Assembly: GCA_964007735.1 (NCBI GenBank)
Contig: CAXGAI010000008.1
Span: 1-64,000 of the forward strand
Direction of reading: 5' to 3'
DNA: 64,000 nt
Source of the DNA: an uncultured Rhodopirellula sp.
GTDB lineage: Bacteria; Planctomycetota; Planctomycetia; Pirellulales; Pirellulaceae
The notes under the pieces are model-generated. The model was given only the letters and a program-made list of their open reading frames with translations. It had not been told where the DNA came from and searched no databases. The translations under genes and the position numbers were made by a program. Below, in pieces: positions 60,839 through 64,000 of this stretch; position 1 is the stretch's first letter, and the number at the start of each line of letters is the position of its first letter.

Positions 60839-62818
60839 ATGAAACAACTACGCCAACTACTCCTTAGTGTTGCAGCCATTCTGTTCTTCACTGCAGCCCT
60901 TTCAGCAAATGATAAACCTAAGAATATTGTGCTTATTCTGGCTGACGATTTAGGCTGGGCGGATACAACACTCTACGGCAAAACATCACTTTACGAAACT
61001 CCGAATATTCAGCGTTTGGCCTCTCAGGGGATGACTTTCTCAAATGCATATGCCAGCCCCATTTGTTCCCCCACTCGAGCCAGTATCCTGACCGGCCAAA
61101 ATCCTGCCAGGTTAGGATTAACCACTCCGTCCGCTCATTTGAAGGAAGAACGGTTGGAAGCGGTTTCAAGCCCCAGAGCACTACCTCACCAAAAAAGCAC
61201 GAACGTTCAATCCACCACTCGTATCGACCTGTCTCTCCCCACCCTTGGACTATTACTTAAACAGGCCGGCTACTCTACTGCTCACTTTGGAAAGTGGCAT
61301 CTGGGACGTGAAGGACACACGCCTCTGGAACGTGGATTCGATGTCGACCTTCCACACTGGTACGGACCCGGGCCCAAAACCAGCTATCTGGCCCCCTGGG
61401 GATACGCTAACTTCAAGGAAGGAGAGCCCGGCGAGCATATCGAAGACCGAATGGCGATGGAAGCTGTGAAGTGGTTGAAAAAACGTGATCCCAGTAAGCC
61501 CTTCTTCATGAACTACTGGCAATTTTCCGTCCACGCTCCATTCGGTGCCAAACCTGAACTGATCACCAGATATCAAAACAAAATCAATCCTGACTCCGCT
61601 CAGCGATCTCCAACATATGCAGCCATGGTGCATTCGTTAGATGACGCGGTTGGCACGCTCCTGGATACCTTGGAAGACGAAGGCATCGCAGACGACACGA
61701 TTGTAATCTTTTATTCAGACAACGGTGGCAATGTTCATTCCGGACTTGAAGAAACCGATTCGAAGGGGAATAAATACATCACCGCCATCACCAGCAATCA
61801 GCCCCTTAAAGGTGGAAAAGGTGGTATCCACGAAGGAGGCATCCGAGTGCCGGCCGTAGTCGTCTGGCCGGGAATCACCGCTCCTGGCTCCCGCAATAAA
61901 ACTCGAATTCAGTCCTTAGATCTTTACCCTACGATTTTGAAGATGCTGGGAATTGTTCCGCCTGAAGAACATATTATGGACGGGCTGGATTTCACCAAAG
62001 CGTTGCGGGGGATTGAATATGAACGAGATCCTATGTTTACTTATGTCCCCAGTCACGGAAATACACCCCACTGGCTGCCCCCTTCCATGTCTGTGCACTA
62101 TAAGCAATGGAAACTAATTCGGACTTTCCACTATGGCGAAAATGGCGATCATCAATACCGGCTCTATGATTTACAGAACGATATTGGTGAAAGTAACAAT
62201 CTGGTAGCCAGTCGAGATGACGTCGTACAGGAACTTGACAGTCTGATTGACCAGTACATTCAAGACGCGAAGGTTGTCCTTCCTCTGCCAAATCCTAATT
62301 TTGATGCCTCCAAGTTCGACGCTTCGCTAATTGGCGTGCAGGCCGGAGGATTAAAAATGCCGCCAGGTTTTAAGACAGTCCATGAAGCTACACCCTCCAC
62401 TCCTCCAACAAAACTATCTCCAAAAGGCTTGTTGGGATGGATTTTGAGAGGAGCGGATGTAGAGATGAATACCGATTCACTCAAGCTAACTCCTAATGCC
62501 CGGCAACCATTCATGACGATTGCCAATCTTCAACTCACAGGCCCCATCGAGGTTCGAATTCGTATTCGTAGCACCCGCGACGGTGTGGGAAATCTTCAAT
62601 GGCGCACACATGAGCAAGAGTTCTTCCCGGAAGCCAAACAACTGCAATCGTTTGAGTTAACCGCTGGAAAATGGCGGGAAGTTAAGCTTCAGCTTGCTAC
62701 CGAAGGGAAATTAAAACACGTTCGACTTTTCGTGCCTGCACCAAAAAGCACGACGGAAATAGATTGGATTGAAATTAACTCTAAAAGTAATTCACAAAAG
62801 AAACGGTGGGATTTCTAA
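60839..62818 (+). CDS. Sulfatase with C-terminal beta-sandwich domain
   Basis: NIVLILADDLG, CSPTRASILTG and GKWHLG; about 140-aa beta-rich tail ending EIDWIEI. Confidence 0.93.
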   Translation: MKQLRQLLLSVAAILFFTAALSANDKPKNIVLILADDLGWADTTLYGKTSLYETPNIQRLASQGMTFSNAYASPICSPTRASILTGQNPARLGLTTPSAHLKEERLEAVSSPRALPHQKSTNVQSTTRIDLSLPTLGLLLKQAGYSTAHFGKWHLGREGHTPLERGFDVDLPHWYGPGPKTSYLAPWGYANFKEGEPGEHIEDRMAMEAVKWLKKRDPSKPFFMNYWQFSVHAPFGAKPELITRYQNKINPDSAQRSPTYAAMVHSLDDAVGTLLDTLEDEGIADDTIVIFYSDNGGNVHSGLEETDSKGNKYITAITSNQPLKGGKGGIHEGGIRVPAVVVWPGITAPGSRNKTRIQSLDLYPTILKMLGIVPPEEHIMDGLDFTKALRGIEYERDPMFTYVPSHGNTPHWLPPSMSVHYKQWKLIRTFHYGENGDHQYRLYDLQNDIGESNNLVASRDDVVQELDSLIDQYIQDAKVVLPLPNPNFDASKFDASLIGVQAGGLKMPPGFKTVHEATPSTPPTKLSPKGLLGWILRGADVEMNTDSLKLTPNARQPFMTIANLQLTGPIEVRIRIRSTRDGVGNLQWRTHEQEFFPEAKQLQSFELTAGKWREVKLQLATEGKLKHVRLFVPAPKSTTEIDWIEINSKSNSQKKRWDF

Positions 62819-62878
62819 AGTGCCACAAAGCCACGTAATCAACAGATTGAACCCTTCCACTCGCATTAAGAACTAAAT

Positions 62879-64000
62879 ATGTCCAAGACTTTTAAGCGAA
62901 AATCCGCCTGCTACTTCACGGCGATTATGTTAGTTTTCATCTTCGCAACCATTACACATGCTGAGGTAAAGCAAGCACCTAATATTGTATTTCTATTTGC
63001 TGACGATCTTGGCTATGCAGACGTTGGTTGCTATGGTCACCCTTACGCTAAAACACCATTCATTGACTTACTCGCCAAAGAAGGGACTCGGTTTACCCAG
63101 TTCTATGTCACCGGCGTAACCTGTAATCCTAGTCGCACGGGAGCGATGACCGGCATCTTTCCCGCACGATTTCCTAAGTATCCCGCAGATTTTGGATTTA
63201 GTGGGCGAACGACGATTACGGAACTACTGAAAGCTCAGGGATACAAGACTGGTCACTTTGGGAAGTGGCACATGGGCCCGGAAGACTCTAACGGGACTTA
63301 CGGTATCGATACCATCAAAACCATCGGTAAAAGTCAGGATTCGTCGAAAGGAAGAGATGATGAACTATACTCGGCCGCCATTAAATTCATCAAAGAGAAT
63401 AAAGCTGGTCCTTTTTATGTCAATATCTGGGGACATTCCACTCACTTTCCTGTGAATACTCCACAATCCCTCGTCAATAAATTCAAAAGTGTACAACTTG
63501 ACCGTAATGATTTTTCCCCCACGATCCAGCAAAAGTTTGATGAAAGCTTTGCCATCAACAAAAATCTTGATGAATCGATGCAACAGTATCTCGGTGATGT
63601 CTATCAAATCGACCTCAATGTCGGCCGCATTCTTAAAACACTGGATGACCTAGGGCTGAAAGAAAACACGATCGTTGTGTTTTCTAGCGACCATGGTCCT
63701 GCACCGGTAAAACTTGGCAGCCAAGGTATTCGGGAATACTCTAAAAATATGTTGGGATATGCCGGGGAATTCCGAGGAGGAAAGCATTCACAATTAGAAG
63801 GAGGTATTCGGGTTCCCTTCATTATCCGGTGGCCGGGGCATGTAAAAGCCGGGCGTGTCGACTCTGAAAACGTCTGTTCGTTCATTGACTGGCTACCAAC
63901 TTTATCTGCCATCGCTGGCGTGAAGCAATTGCCAAACAGACTGGATGGTGAAGACATTTCTACCGCATGGTTTGGCGAGCAACGACAACGTCAGCAAGCT
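62879..64000 (+). CDS. Sulfatase, 3'-truncated by the window edge (absent from the ORF track)
   Basis: Manual translation from the ATG at 62879: signal peptide, PNIVFLFADDLGYAD, CNPSRTGAMTG, GKWHMG, SDHG and EGGIRVP. Confidence 0.92.
   Translation, partial: MSKTFKRKSACYFTAIMLVFIFATITHAEVKQAPNIVFLFADDLGYADVGCYGHPYAKTPFIDLLAKEGTRFTQFYVTGVTCNPSRTGAMTGIFPARFPKYPADFGFSGRTTITELLKAQGYKTGHFGKWHMGPEDSNGTYGIDTIKTIGKSQDSSKGRDDELYSAAIKFIKENKAGPFYVNIWGHSTHFPVNTPQSLVNKFKSVQLDRNDFSPTIQQKFDESFAINKNLDESMQQYLGDVYQIDLNVGRILKTLDDLGLKENTIVVFSSDHGPAPVKLGSQGIREYSKNMLGYAGEFRGGKHSQLEGGIRVPFIIRWPGHVKAGRVDSENVCSFIDWLPTLSAIAGVKQLPNRLDGEDISTAWFGEQRQRQQA

Overview
64 kb of a Planctomycetota chromosome, probably a marine Pirellulaceae-like organism. 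The assignment is inferred from the DUF1501, DUF1552, DUF1592, PSD1/cytochrome c and PVC heme-protein families and the high sulfatase density. The left third holds housekeeping genes (pdhC 3' part, leuS, map, an LplT-Aas fusion, trhO) and a three-gene molybdoenzyme operon (FeS subunit, DMSO-reductase-family catalytic subunit, TorD chaperone) with no membrane-anchor gene. From about 21.4 kb onward it is a sulfatase-rich region: 11 genes with 13 sulfatase domains, including two tandem double sulfatases. These are interleaved with three planctomycete c-type-heme modules, DUF1080-like domains, an FG-GAP/HEXXH protein, a four-gene gamma-glutamylation (GlnA4-type, probably ethanolamine) cassette and a tRNA-Asn. 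I saw no CRISPR array, rRNA, transposase or integrase. Best leads: (1) the anchor-less Mo enzyme with a KR-type Tat lipoprotein signal and a (TCT)9 microsatellite in its partner's signal peptide; (2) a possible glycoside-hydrolase-free oxidative (3-keto-glycoside) plus desulfation system centred on a DUF1080-propeller-cytochrome c fusion; (3) a PDZ domain inserted into the LplT MFS domain; (4) a double sulfatase with non-canonical catalytic motifs in both halves. All calls come from motif recognition by eye; no database searches were run, so novelty is unverified.
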